Assembly (NCBI GenBank): GCA_030390025.1 | Contig: CM059431.1 | Coordinates: 136,464,001 to 136,528,000, forward strand | Source: Squalus acanthias | Lineage: Eukaryota | Direction: 5' to 3' | DNA length: 64,000 bases | Shown here: positions 1 to 13,060 of the stretch, one piece after another | Position numbering within the stretch: position 1 is the stretch's first letter | Layout of the letters: each line of letters opens with the position of its first letter | The notes under the pieces: model-generated | Seen by the model: the letters and a program-made list of their open reading frames with translations, nothing else | Told to the model about the DNA's origin: nothing | Databases searched by the model: none | Position numbers and translations under genes: made by a program

Positions 1-3000
1 ACTCTGGTGACAGTACCCACTCAGTAACATCAGAGCAGGAACACTGACTCTGGTGACAGTACCCACTCAGTGACATCAGAGCAGGGACACAGACTCTGTT
101 GACAGTACCCACTCAGTGACATCAGAGCATGGACACAGACTCTGGTGACAGTACCCACTCAGTAACATCAGAGCAGGAACACTGACTCTGGTGACAGTAC
201 CCACTCAGTGACATCAGAGCAGGGACACAGACACTGGTGACAGTACCCACTCAGTGAAATCAGAGCAGGGACACAGTCTCTGGTGACAGTACCCACTCAG
301 TGACTTCAGAGCAGAGACACAGACTGTGGTGACAGTACCCACTCAGTGAAATCAGAGCAGGGACATAGACTCTGGTGGCAGTACCCACTCAGAGACATCA
401 GAGCAGCGACATAGAGACTGGTGGCAGTTCCCACTCAGAGACATCAGAGCAGGGGCACAGACTCTGGTGACAGTACCCACTCAGTGACATCAGAGCAGGG
501 ACACAGACTCTGGTGACAGGACCCACTCAGTGAAATCAGAGCAGGAACACAGACTCTGGTGACATTACCCACTAAATGACATCAGAGCAGGGACACAAAC
601 TCTGATGACAGTACCCACTCAGTGAGATCAGAGCAGGGACACAGACTCTGGTGACAGTACCCACTCCGTGACATCAGAGCAGTGACACAGACTCTGGTGA
701 CAGTACCCACTCAGTGACATCAGAGCAGGGACATAGACTCTGGAGGCAGTTCCCACTCAGTGACATCAGAGCAGGGACACCTAATCTACTGACAGTACCC
801 ACTCAGTGAAATCAGAGCAGGGACACAGACTCAGATCCAAGTTACTACTCAGACAGGAAGATCAGAGCAGGGACCCAGACTCTGGTGACAGTACGCACTC
901 AGTGAAATCAGAGCAGGGACACAGACTCTGGTGACAGTACCCACTCAGTGACAGCAGAGCAGGGAAACCTAATCTACTGACAGTACCCACTCAGTGAAAT
1001 CAGAGCAGGGACACAGACTCTGGTGACAGTACCCACTCAGTGACCTCAGAGCAGGGACACAGACTCTGGTGACAGTACCCAATCAGTGACATCAGAGCAG
1101 GGACACAGGCTCTGCTGACAGTACCCACTCAGTAACATCAGAGCAGGAACACTGACTCTGGTGACAGTACCCACTCAGTGACATCAGAGCAGGGACACAG
1201 ACTCTGTTGACAGTACCCACTCAGTGACATCAGAGCATGGACACAGACTCTGGTGACAGTACCCACTCAGTAACATCAGAGCAGGAACACTGACTCTGGT
1301 GACAGTACCCACTCAGTGACATCAGAGCAGGGACACAGACACTGGTGACAGTACCCACTCAGTGAAATCAGAGCAGGGACACAGTCTCTGGTGACAGTAC
1401 CCACTCAGTGACTTCAGAGCAGAGACACAGACTGTGGTGACAGTACCCACTCAGTGAAATCAGAGCAGGGACATAGACTCTGGTGGCAGTACCCACTCAG
1501 AGACATCAGAGCAGCGACATAGAGACTGGTGGCAGTTCCCACTCAGAGACATCAGAGCAGGGGCACAGACTCTGGTGACAGTACCCACTCAGTGACATCA
1601 GAGCAGGGACACAGACTCTGGTGACAGGACCCACTCAGTGAAATCAGAGCAGGAACACAGACTCTGGTGACATTACCCACTAAATGACATCAGAGCAGGG
1701 ACACAAACTCTGATGACAGTACCCACTCAGTGAGATCAGAGCAGGGACACAGACTCTGGTGACAGTACCCACTCCGTGACATCAGAGCAGTGACACAGAC
1801 TCTGGTGACAGTACCCACTCAGTGACATCAGAGCAGGGACATAGACTCTGGAGGCAGTTCCCACTCAGTGACATCAGAGCAGGGACACCTAATCTACTGA
1901 CAGTACCCACTCAGTGAAATCAGAGCAGGGACACAGACTCAGATCCAAGTTACTACTCAGACAGGAAGATCAGAGCAGGGACCCAGACTCTGGTGACAGT
2001 ACGCACTCAGTGAAATCAGAGCAGGGACACAGACTCTGGTGACAGTACCCACTCAGTGACAGCAGAGCAGGGAAACCTAATCTACTGACAGTACCCACTC
2101 AGTGAAATCAGAGCAGGGACACAGACTCTGGTGACAGTACCCACTCAGTGACCTCAGAGCAGGGACACAGACTCTGGTGACAGTACCCAATCAGTGACAT
2201 CAGAGCAGGGACACAGGCTCTGCTGACAGTACCCACTCAGTGACATCAGAGCAGGGACAAAGACTCTGGGGACATTACGCACTCAGTGACATCAGAGCAG
2301 GGACACAAACTCTGGGGACATTAACCACTGAGTGACATCAGAGCAGGGACACAGAATCTGGGGACATTACCCACTCATTCACATCAGAGCAGGAACACAG
2401 ACTCTGGTGACAGTACCCACTCAGTGACATCAGAGCAGGAACACAGACTCTGGTGACAGTACCCACTCAGTGACATCAGAGCAGGGAAATAGACTCTGGT
2501 GACAGTACCCACTCAGTAACATCAGAGCAGGGACACAGACTCTGTTGACAGTACCCACTCAGTGACATCAGAGCATGGACACAGACTCTGGTGACAGTAC
2601 CCACTAAGTAACATCAGAGCAGGAACACTGACTCTGGTGACAGTACCCACTCAGTTGCATCAGAGCAGGGACACAGACTCTGGTGACAGTACCCACTCAG
2701 TGAAATCAGAGCAGGGACACAGTCTCTGGTGACAGTACCCACTCAGTGACTTCAGACAGGGACACAGACTGTGGTGACAGTACCCACTCAGTGAAATCAG
2801 AGCAGGGACATAGACTCTGGTGGCAGTACCCACTCAGAGACATCAGAGCAGGGACATAGAGACTGGTGGCAGTACCCACTCAGAGACATCAGAGCAGGGA
2901 CACAGACTCTGGTGACAGTACCCACTCAGTGACATCAGAGCAGGGACACAGACTCTGGTGACAGTACCCACTCAGTGAAATCAGAGTAGGGACACAGAGT

Positions 3001-6000
3001 CTGGTGACAGTACCCACTCAGTGACTTCAGAGCAGGGACGCAAACTGTGGTGACAGTACCCACTCAGTGACATCAGAGCAGGGACACCTAATCTACTGAC
3101 AGTTCCCACTCAGTGAAATCGGAACCGGGACACAGCCTCTGATCACAGTTCCTACTCAGAGAGAGAGAGAGTTCAGAACAGGGACACAACCTCTGATCAT
3201 AATATCTACGCAGAGAGAGATCGGAAGAGGGACACAGCCTCTAGTGACATGTCCTACTCAGAGAGAGAAAGTTCAGAACTGGGAAACAGCCTCTGTTCAC
3301 AGTTCCTACTCAGAGAGTGAGACGTCAGAACAGGGCCGCAGCCTCTGATCTCAATACATACTCAGAGAGAGATCGGAAGAGGGACACAGCCGATGATCAC
3401 AATATCTGCTCAGAGTGAGAAGTCAGAACAGTGACACAGCCTCTGATCATAGTCCATACTCAGAGCGAGAGATCAAAACAGGGATGAAGCCTATTGTCAC
3501 ACACCGTTCTCAGAGAGAGAGATATATAAGAACAGGAGCAGAGCTTCTGGTCAAGGTTCCTAATAGGGGAGTGAGAGAACAGAAGAGTGATACAGCTTCT
3601 TATCAGGATCCCCACCCAGAGCGAAGGGAACAGGCACACAGGCTCTGGTGACAGTACCCACTCAGTGATATCAGAGCAGGGACACAGTCACTGGTGACAG
3701 TACCCACTCAGTGACTTCAGAGCAGGGACACAGACTGTGGTGATAGTACACACTCAGTGAAATCAGAGCAGGGACATAGACTCTGGTGGCAGTTCCCACT
3801 CAGAGACATCAGAGCAGGGACATAGAGACTGGTGGCAGTACACACTCAGAGACATCAGAGCAGGGACACAGACTCTGGTGTCAGTACCCACTCAGTGACA
3901 TCAGAGCAGGGACACAGGCTCTGCTGACAGTACCCACTCAGTGATATCAGAGCAGGGACACAGTCTCTGGTGACAGTACCCACTCAGTGATATCAGAGCA
4001 GGGACACAGTCTCTGGTGACAGTACCCACTCAGTGACTTCAGAGCAGGGACACAGACTGTGGTGACAGTACCCACTCAGTGAAATCAGAGCAGGGACATA
4101 GACTCTGGTGGCAGTTCCCACTCAGAGACATCAGAGCAGGGACATAGAGACTGGTGGCAGTACCCACTCAGAGACATCAGAGCAGGGACACAGACTCTGG
4201 TGACAGTACCCACTCAGTGACAGCAGAGCAGGGACACAGGCTCTGCTGACAGTACCCACTCAGTGACATCAGAGCAGGGACAAAGACTCTGGGGACATTA
4301 CGCACTCAGTGACATCAGCGCAGGGACACAAGCTCTGGTGACATTACCCACTGAATGACATCAGAGCAGGGACACAGACTCTGGGGACATTACCCACTCA
4401 GTGACATCAGAGCAGGAACACAGACTCTGGTGACAGTACCCACTCAGTGACATCAGAGCAGGATTACAGACTCTGGTGACAGTACCCACTCAGTGACATC
4501 AGAGCAGGGACACAGACTCTGATGACTGTACCCACTCAGTAACATCAGAGCAGGGACACAGACTCTGTTGACAGTACCCACTCAGTGACATCAGAGCATG
4601 GACACAGACTCTGGTGACAGTACCCACTCAGTAACATCAGAGCAGGAACACTGACTCTGGTGACAGTACCCACTCAGTGACATCAGAGCAGGGACACAGA
4701 CACTGGTGACAGTACCCACTCAGTGAAATCAGAGCAGGGACACAGTCTCTGGTGACAGTACCCACTCAGTGACTTCAGAGCAGAGACACAGACTGTGGTG
4801 ACAGTACCCACTCAGTGAAATCAGAGCAGGGACATAGACTCTGGTGGCAGTACCCACTCAGAGACATCAGAGCAGGGACATAGAGACTGGTGGCAGTACC
4901 CACTCAGAGACATCAGAGCAGGGGCACAGACTCTGGTGACAGTACCCACTCAGTGACATCAGAGCAGGGACACAGACTCTGGTGACAGGACCCACTCAGT
5001 GAAATCAGATTAGGGACACAGAGTCTGGTGACAGTACCCATTCAGTGACTTCAGAGCAGGGACGCAAACTGTGGTGACAGTACCCACTCAGTGACATCAG
5101 AGCAGGGACACCTAATCTACTGACAGTACCCACTCAGTGAAATCAGAGCAGGGACACAGACTCTGGTCACAGTACCCACTCAGTGACATCAGAGCAGGGA
5201 CACAGACTCTGGTGACATTACCCAGTGAGTGACATCAGAGCAGGAACACAGACTCTGGTGACATTACCCACTCAGTGACATCAGAGCAGGAACACAGACT
5301 CTGGTGACATTACCCACTAAATGACATCAGAGCAGGGACACAAACTCTGATGACAGTACCCACTCAGTGAGATCAGAGCAGGGACACAGACTCTGGTGAC
5401 AGTACCCACTCCGTGACATCAGAGCAGTGACACAGACTCTGGTGACAGTACCCACTCAGTGACATCAGAGCAGGGACACAGACTCTGATGACAGTACCCG
5501 CTCAGTGAAATCAGAGCAGAGACACAGACTCTGGGGACAGTACCCACTCAGTGAAATCAGAGCAGAGACACAGGCTCAGGTGACAGTAAATACTCAGTAA
5601 CATCAGAGTAGGGACACAGACTCTGGTGGCATTACCCACTCAGTGACATCAGAGCAGGGACACAGACTCTGATGACTGTACCCACTCAGTAACATCAGAG
5701 CAGGGACACAGACTCTGTTGACAGTACCCACTCAGTGACATCAGAGCATGGACACAGACTCTGGTGACAGTACCCACTCAGTAACATCAGAGCAGGAACA
5801 CTGACTCTGGTGACAGTACCCACTCAGTGACATCAGAGCAGGGACACAGACACTGGTGACAGTACCCACTCAGTGAAATCAGAGCAGGGACACAGTCTCT
5901 GGTGACAGTACCCGCTCAGTGACTTCAGAGCAGAGACACAGACTGTGGTGACAGTACCCACTCAGTGAAATCAGAGCAGGGACATAGACTCTGGTGGCAG

Positions 6001-7320
6001 TACCCACTCAGAGACATCAGAGCAGGGACATAGAGACTGGTGGCAGTACCCACTCAGAGACATCAGAGCAGGGGCACAGACTCTGGTGACAGTACCCACT
6101 CAGTGACATCAGAGCAGGGACACAGACTCTGGTGACAGGACCCACTCAGTGAAATCAGATTAGGGGCACAGAGTCTGGTGACAGTACCCATTCAGTGACT
6201 TCAGAGCAGGGACGCAAACTGTGGTGACAGTACCCACTCAGTGACATCAGAGCAGGGACACCTAATCTACTGACAGTACCCACTCAGTGAAATCAGAGCA
6301 GGGACACAGACTCTGGTCACAGTACCCACTCAGTGACATCAGAGCAGGGACACAGACTCTGGTGACATTACCCAGTGAGTGACATCAGAGCAGGAACACA
6401 GACTCTGGTGACATTACCCACTCAGTGACATCAGAGCAGGAACACAGACTCTGGTGACATTACCCACTAAATGACATCAGAGCAGGGACACAAACTCTGA
6501 TGACAGTACCCACTCAGTGAGATCAGAGCAGGGACACAGACTCTGGTGACAGTACCCACTCCGTGACATCAGAGCAGTGACACAGACTCTGGTGACAGTA
6601 CCCACTCAGTGACATCAGAGCAGGGACACAGACTCTGATGACAGTACCCGCTCAGTGAAATCAGAGCAGAGACACAGACTCTGGGGACAGTACCCACTCA
6701 GTGAAATCAGAGCAGAGACACAGGCTCAGGTGACAGTAAATACTCAGTAACATCAGAGTAGGGACACAGACTCTGGTGGCATTACCCACTCAGTGACATC
6801 AGAGCAGGGACACAGACTCTGGTGACAGTACCCACTCAGTGAAATCAGAGCAGGGACACAGACTCTGGTGACATTACCCATTCAGTGACATCAGAGCAGG
6901 GACACAGACTCTGGTGACAGTACCCACTCAGTGACATCAGAGCAGGGACACAGACTCTGGTGACAGTACCCACTCAGTGACATCAGAGCAGGGACACAGA
7001 CTCTGGTGACAGTACCCACTCAGTGAAATCAGAGCAGGGACACAGACTCTGGTGACAGTACCCACTTAGTGACATCAGAGCATGGACACAGACTCTGGTG
7101 ACAGTACCCACTCAGTGACATCAGAGCAGGGACACAGACTCTGGTGACAGTACCCACTCAGTGACATCAGAACAGGGACACAGACTCTGATGACAGTACC
7201 CACTCAGTGACATCAGAGCAGGGAGACAGACTCTGGTGACACTACCCTCTCAGTGACATCAGAGCAGGGACACAGGCTCTAGTAACATTACCCACTCAAT
7301 GACATCAGAGCAGGGACACA
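1..7320. repeat. 46-bp tandem satellite array (runs off the left edge of the window)
   Basis: Consensus ACTCTGGTGACAGTACCCACTCAGTGACATCAGAGCAGGGACACAG recurs with 46-nt period (e.g. starts at 1 and 47); interrupted by a diverged island at ~3115-3645. Confidence 0.98.
3115..3645. repeat. Diverged variant monomers of the 46-bp satellite
   Basis: Units like GGGACACAGCCTCTGATCACAGTTCCTACTCAGAGAGAGA..TCAGAAC keep the satellite skeleton but have GA expansions. Confidence 0.85.
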
Positions 7321-7880
7321 GGCTCTGGAGACAGTCCCTACCCAGAGAGAGAGAGTGATATCACAACAGGGACACAGACTCTGGTCACAGTCCCTACTCA
7401 GAGAGTGAGAGAGATCAGAACAGGGACACAGCTTCTGGGCCCAGTCCCTACTCAGAGGGTGAGATCAAAGCACTGACACAGCCTCTGGTCATAGTTCCTA
7501 CTCAGAGAGAGATCAGAACAGGGGCAGAGCCTTCGGTCACTGTTCTTAATCGGGGTGTGAGACATCAGAACATTCCCTACTTAGAGAGAGAGAGAGACTG
7601 ATTGAGAGAGAGAGAGACAGAGTGAGAGAGAGAGAGACAGAGTGAGAGAGAGAGAGATCGTAACAGTCTTTTATCACAGTTGCTACTAAATGAGATCAGA
7701 ACAGGGACGCAGTATCTGGTCTCAGTCCCTACTCATTGAGTGAATTCTGAGCAGGGACGCAGCCTGTGGCCACATTCCTTACTCAGGTGAGAGAGATCAG
7801 AACAGGGACACGCCCTCTGATCACAGTTCGAACTCAGAGAGATATCAGAACAAGGACAGAGCCTCCGCTCACAATTCCGA
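7320..7880. repeat. Degenerate right margin of the 46-bp satellite, with a GA-rich microsatellite at ~7582-7657
   Basis: Same variant type as 3115-3645, decaying into unique sequence; (GA)n runs. Confidence 0.85.
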
Positions 7881-8109
7881 ATGAATATTTACAGACACAT
7901 TCAAAGAGTCGAGATTTTACATCACAGTTATTGAAGTTCTTATATTGTTTGAAGTATAGCGCAGAAACTTGACCCAAAAGTTATAATTTGAACAACAAAT
8001 TTCAGAGAACTGTAAGAGAAGTTATGTAATTGAATCACTTTTGAAACGACTTGAATCCGGGACTTTAAAAGTCAACATTCGCTCACACCCGCACATGGCT
8101 CGATACTCG

Positions 8110-8120
8110 GCTGCCATCTT
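8110..8120 (-). promoter_or_regulatory. YY1-like motif AAGATGGCAGC overlapping an ATG in good Kozak context
   Basis: Plus strand GCTGCCATCTT; YY1 consensus is AAGATGGCGGC; the surroundings are locally CpG-rich. Confidence 0.45.
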
Positions 8121-8179
8121 TTCGTAGCTCCAACCTCGAAGGACTGGACGCTCCAAGACAAATGTACCGTGCTGATAAA

Positions 8180-8193
8180 GCGCCCTCTGGTGG
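8180..8193 (-). promoter_or_regulatory. CTCF core motif CCACCAGAGGGCGC
   Basis: Plus strand GCGCCCTCTGGTGG matches the CTCF consensus CCASYAGRKGGCRS without mismatch; binding is not shown. Confidence 0.7.
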
Positions 8194-8389
8194 TGAGACT
8201 AAGTAGTGTTTCAGTGTGTGATCGGGTACTGCACTGAGTACCGAGCATTGCAACTCATGCGGCAGTACAAGGAGAGTAAGGGTAGGGTGGAATTCAGTGT
8301 CTGCACCGCTCTAATCAGGTAGTTCAATACTTAAACAAAGAAAGCTGTAAACAATGTACTCATAGTGCAAAGACTGAAATAACTTTCTC

Positions 8390-8550
8390 CAGCCTCGTTT
8401 ATGACCCCAGGACGTCCCAAATGGCTTCGTATCCAATAAAGTAATGTTTTTTGAAGTTTAGTCACTGTTGTAATCTAGGGGAGCGCGACCGCCAACATGT
8501 GCACAGCAAGATCCCACAAAAACAGTGAAATAAATGCCCAGATAAGCATT
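8390..8550 (-). mobile_element. DeuSINE (SacSINE1-like) fragment, diverged
   Basis: GGACGTCCCAAA..CCAATAAAGTA..TTTGAAGTTTAGTCACTGTTGTAATCTAGG..GCACAGCAAGATCCCACAAA is recognisable as the reverse complement of the Deu domain/3' region (recalled, not aligned). Confidence 0.75.
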
Positions 8551-8557
8551 TGTTTAT

Positions 8558-9911
8558 TGGAAATAAAAACAGAAATTTCTGGAAATACTCAGCAGGCCAG
8601 CTGGCATCTGTGGAGAAGGAAACAGAGTTAACGTTTCAGGTCGATAACTTTTCGTCAGAACTGGAAAAAAGTTACAGATGTAACAGGTTTTAAAAAAGTA
8701 CAAAGGCTGGGAAAGGGCGGAGGGGATGATATACCAACAGGGAAGGTTTGTGATAGGATGGAAGGCAGGAGAGATTGAAAAGAAAAAGGGATGATGGTGC
8801 AAGGCAAAATGTGATGGTAATGGGACAGGTAAAGAAACAAAAGATGGCTCAAAAGCAGGTGTACATGACAATACTCAGCAACAGATGCTGTCTGAAAAAA
8901 ATGCGGGCAGAGGTTATGGTCTGAAATTGTTGAACTCAATTTTGAGTCTGGAAGGCTGTCAAGTGCCTAATTGAAAGATGAGGTGCTGTTTTTCGAGCTT
9001 ACGTTGAGCTTCGTTGGAACAGTGTAAGAGGCCGAGGACAGAGAGATCAGAGTGAGGGTGGAGCGGAGAATTAAAGTGACAGGCGAACGGAAACTCGGAG
9101 TCACGCCTGCGGACTGAATGGAGGTGTTCTGCAAAGCGGTCACCCAATCTGCATTTGGTCTCCCATCGTGAGCAGCGAATACAGTATACTAAATTGTAAG
9201 AAGTACAAGTAAATCGCTGTTTCACCTGGAAGGAGTGTTAGGGTTTGTGGCCATGGACAGTTGGAAAAGAGGAAGTAAAAGGGCAGGTGTTGCATCTCCT
9301 ATGCTTGCACCAGAAGGTGCCGGGCGAAGGGGAAGGGGTGATTGAGGAGTGGTCCAGCGTGTTCCGGATGGAGCGGTCCCTTCAGAATGCTGAATGGGGA
9401 GAGGAGGGGAAGATGTGTTTGGTGGTGATATCATGCTAGAGGTGGCAGAAATGGCTCAGGATGATCCATTGATTGTGAAGGCTGGTGGGGTGGAAGGTGA
9501 GGACAAGGGGAACCCTATCGTGGTTCTGGGAGGGAGGGGAATGGGTGAGAGCAGAAGTGCTGGAAATGGAACAGATACGGTCGAGGAACATGTCAACCAC
9601 GTAGAGGGGGATCCTCAGTTCAGGAAAAATGAAGACTTATCGGAATCAATATTATGGAAAGTGGCATCGTCAGAACAGATGCGACGGTGATGGAGAAACT
9701 GAGAGAATGGAATACAGTCCTTAAAGGAAACGGTGTGGGAGGAAGTGTAGTCCAGGTAGCTTGTGGGATTCAGTTCGACATATAGTGGATGTTTGTCGAT
9801 AGCCTAACCTCATAAATAGAGACAGAGAAGTGGAGGAATTAAAGGGAAGAGTCAGAGATGGGATATGTGAAGGCGACAAAGTGTAGAAATTGGAAGCAAA
9901 TTTGATGAATT
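8558..9911 (-). mobile_element. Penelope-like element, 5'-truncated and decayed (RT thumb, Cys linker, GIY-YIG endonuclease, 3' tail)
   Basis: Minus-strand remnants FIKFASNF, RRICSDD, CKHRRCNTC, and ORF 8959-9225 KQRFTCTSYNLVYCIRCSR..RLGDRFAEHL..ACHFN..RKLEKQHLIFQLGT; frameshifts; YIG segment deleted. Confidence 0.9.
8625..8664 (-). ncRNA. Minimal hammerhead ribozyme-like motif in the Penelope tail
   Basis: Minus strand CTGACGA-AAAGTTATCGACCT-GAAA-CGTTAA: conserved CUGANGA and GAAA boxes with palindromic AACGTT; stem II partly mutated. Confidence 0.7.
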
Positions 9912-9961
9912 TAGTACACTGTATTCGCTGCTCACGGTTCGGTCTCCTCGATGTTGCGAAT

Positions 9962-10265
9962 GATAGCATAGTTGACCAGTAATCCAGAGGCCTGGACTAA
10001 TGATCCAGAGAGGTGAGTTCAAATCCCACCATGGCAGCTGGGGAATTTAATGTCAGTTAATTAAATTAATTTGGAATAAAAAGCTAGTATCAGTCATGGT
10101 AACCATGAAACTTTCGGATTGTTGTAAAAACCTATCTGGTTGACTAATGCCCTTTAGGGAAGGAAATCTGCCGTCCTTACCTGGTCTGGCCTGTATGTGA
10201 CTCCAGACCCACAGCAATGTTGTTGACTCTTAACTGCCCTCTGAAATGGCCTAGCAAACCATTCA
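9962..10265 (+). promoter_or_regulatory. tRNA-derived SINE-like head with Pol III internal promoter boxes
   Basis: A-box-like TAGCATAGTTG (9964-9974) and B-box GTTCAAATCC (10017-10026). Confidence 0.65.
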
Positions 10266-10384
10266 TTTGTACACAACCGCTACAGCAAACAATAAGAAGA
10301 ATAAAACCGGATGGACCACCCGGCATTGAACTAGGCACTCGATTTAGACACGACAACAGCACACCCAGTCCAGTCGACCCTGCA

Positions 10385-13060
10385 AAGTCCTCCTCACTGA
10401 CATCTGGGGAATTGTGCCAAAATTGGGAGAGTTGTCCCAAAGACTAGTCAAGCAGCCGCCTGACATAATCATACTCACAGCATCATACCTTTCAGCCAAT
10501 GTCCCAAACACCTCCATCAATATCCCTGAGTATGTCCTGTCCCACCGGCAGGACAGACCCACTAGAGGTGGCGGCACAGCAACATACAGTAGGGCGGGTG
10601 TGGTCCTGTGAATCCTCAACATTGACTCCGGACCCCATGAAGTCTCCTGGCTTCAGGTCAAGCACGGGCAGGGAAACCTCCTGCTTATTACCACCTACCG
10701 CCCTCCCTCAGCTGATGAATCAGTACTCCGCCATGTTGAACACCACTTGGCAGAAGCACTGAGGGTAACAAGGGGACAGAATGTACTCTGGGTGCGGGAC
10801 TTCAGTGTCCATCACCACGAGTGGCTCGGTAGCACCACTACTGACCGAGCTGGCCGAGTCCTGAAGGACATAACTGCCAGACTAGGACTGCGGCAGATGG
10901 TGAGAGAACCAATACGAGGGAAACACCTACTTGAGCTTGTCCTCACCAATCTCTCTGTCGCAGATGCATCTGTCCATGACAGCATTGTTGGGCGTGACCA
11001 TCGCACAGTCCGTGTGGAGAGGAAATCTCGTCTTCAACCGAGGACACCCTCCATCGTGTTGTGTGGCACTACCACCATGCTAAACGGGATAGATTCAGAA
11101 CAGATCTAGCAGCTCAAATCTGGGCATTCATGAGGCGCTGTGGGCCATCAGCAGCAGCAGAATTGTATTCCACCACAATCTGTAACCTCATGGCCCGGCA
11201 TATACCTTACCCTAACATTACCATCAAGCTAGGGGACCAACCCTGGTTCAATGATGAGTGCAGAACGGCTTGCAAGGAGCAGCACCAGGCGCAGCTAAAA
11301 ATGAGGTGCCAACCTGGGGAAGCTGCAACACAGGACTACATGCATGCTAAACAGCGGAAGCAGGATGCCAAAGACAGAGATCAGCGATCCCACAATCAAC
11401 GGATCAGGTCAAAGCTCTGCTGTACTGCGACATCCAGTCGTGAATGGTGGTGGACAACTGAACAACTAACAAGAGGAGGAGGCTCCATGAATATCCCCAC
11501 CCTCAATGATGATGGAGCCCACATGAGTGCAAAAGACAAGGCTGAAGCGTTTGCAACCATCTTCAGCCAGAAGTGCTGAGTGGATGATCCGTATTGGCCT
11601 CCTCCTGAGGTCACGACCATCACAGAAGCCAGTCTTCAGCTAATTCGATTCACTCCACGTGATATCAAGAAACGGCTACAGCAAAGGCTATGGGCCCCTA
11701 CAACATCCCAGCTGTCGTGCTGAAGACTTCTGCTCCAGAACTAGCCGCGCCTCTAGCCAAGCTATTCCAGTACAGCTACAACACTGGCATCTGGCCGAGA
11801 ATGTGGAAAACTGCCCAGGTATGTCCTGTCCACAAAAAGCAGGGCAAATCCAACCCGGCCAATTACCGCCCCTTTAGTCTACTCTCAATCATCAGCGAAG
11901 TGATGGAAGGTGTCGTCGACAGCGCTCTCAAGTGATACTTACTCACCAATAACCTGCTCACCGTTGCTCAGTTTGGGTTCCGACAAGACCACTAGGCTCC
12001 AGAACTCATTAGAGCCTTGTTCCAAAATTGTAACAAAAGTGCAGAATTCCAGATGTGAGGTGAGAGTGACTCCCCTTGAAATCAAGGCAGCTTTTGACGA
12101 AGTGTGGCACAAGGAGCCCTAGTAATATTGAGGTCAACGGGAATCAGGGGGAAAACTCTCCACTGGCTGGAGTCATACCTAGCATAAAGGAAGATGGTTA
12201 TAGTTGTTGTAGGTCAATCATCTCATCCCCAGGATATTGATGCAGGAGTTCCTCAGGGTAGTGTCCTAGGCCCAACTATCTTCAGCTGCTTCATCAATGA
12301 CCTCCCCTCCATTACAAGGTCAGAAGCGGGGATGTTCTCCGATGATTGCAGTGCTCAGCGCCATTCACAAATCTTTAGATAATGAAGCAGTCTATGCCTG
12401 CATGCAGCAAGATCTGGACGATGTTCAGGCTTGGCTGATAAGTGGCAGGTAACATTCGCGCCACACAAGTGCCAGGCAATGACTTCCTCCAACAAGCGAG
12501 AGTCTAACCACCTTCTAATTACATTCAACGGCATTACAAACGCCGAATCCTCCACCATCAATAACCTGGGGTTCACCATTGATCAGATACGTAACTGGAC
12601 CAGCCACATAAATACTGTGGCAACAAGAGCAGGTCAGAGGCTGGGTATTCTGCGACGCGTGCCTGAACTCCTGACTCCCCAAAGTCTTTCCACCATCTAC
12701 AAGTTACAAGTCAGGAGTGTGATGGAATATCCGCCACTTGCCTGGATGAGTGCAGAAGCTTGAAACCACCCAGGACAAAGCTGCCCGCTTGATTGGCACC
12801 CCATTCACCACCTCAAACATTCACTCCCTGCACCACCGGCGTTCCGTGGCTGCAGTGTGCACCATCTACAAGATGCACTGCAGTAACTCGCCAAGGCTTC
12901 TTCGGCAGCACCTCCCAATCACACGACTCCGACCATCTAGAAGGACAAGAGCAGAAGGCGCATGGGAACACCATCACCTGCAGGTTTGCCGCCAAGTTAG
13001 ACTTTAACCTGACTTACAAATATATCGCCGATCCTTCATCGTCACTGGGTCAAAATCCTT
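10385..13060 (+). pseudogene. Disrupted APE endonuclease-reverse transcriptase ORF
   Basis: Collinear ORF fragments 10414-10611, 10747-11109, 11061-11579, 11690-11935, 12194-12382, 12431-12763 and 12750-13007, separated by stops and frameshifts. Confidence 0.9.

Noticed and set aside
3415..3651. 78-aa ORF (and the similar one at 7766-7972)
   Set aside because: Chance frames in degenerate satellite monomers
1..7320. CACAG motifs as V(D)J recombination signal heptamers
   Set aside because: Not CACAGTG, no ACAAAAACC nonamer at 12/23 spacing, and no V/J segments
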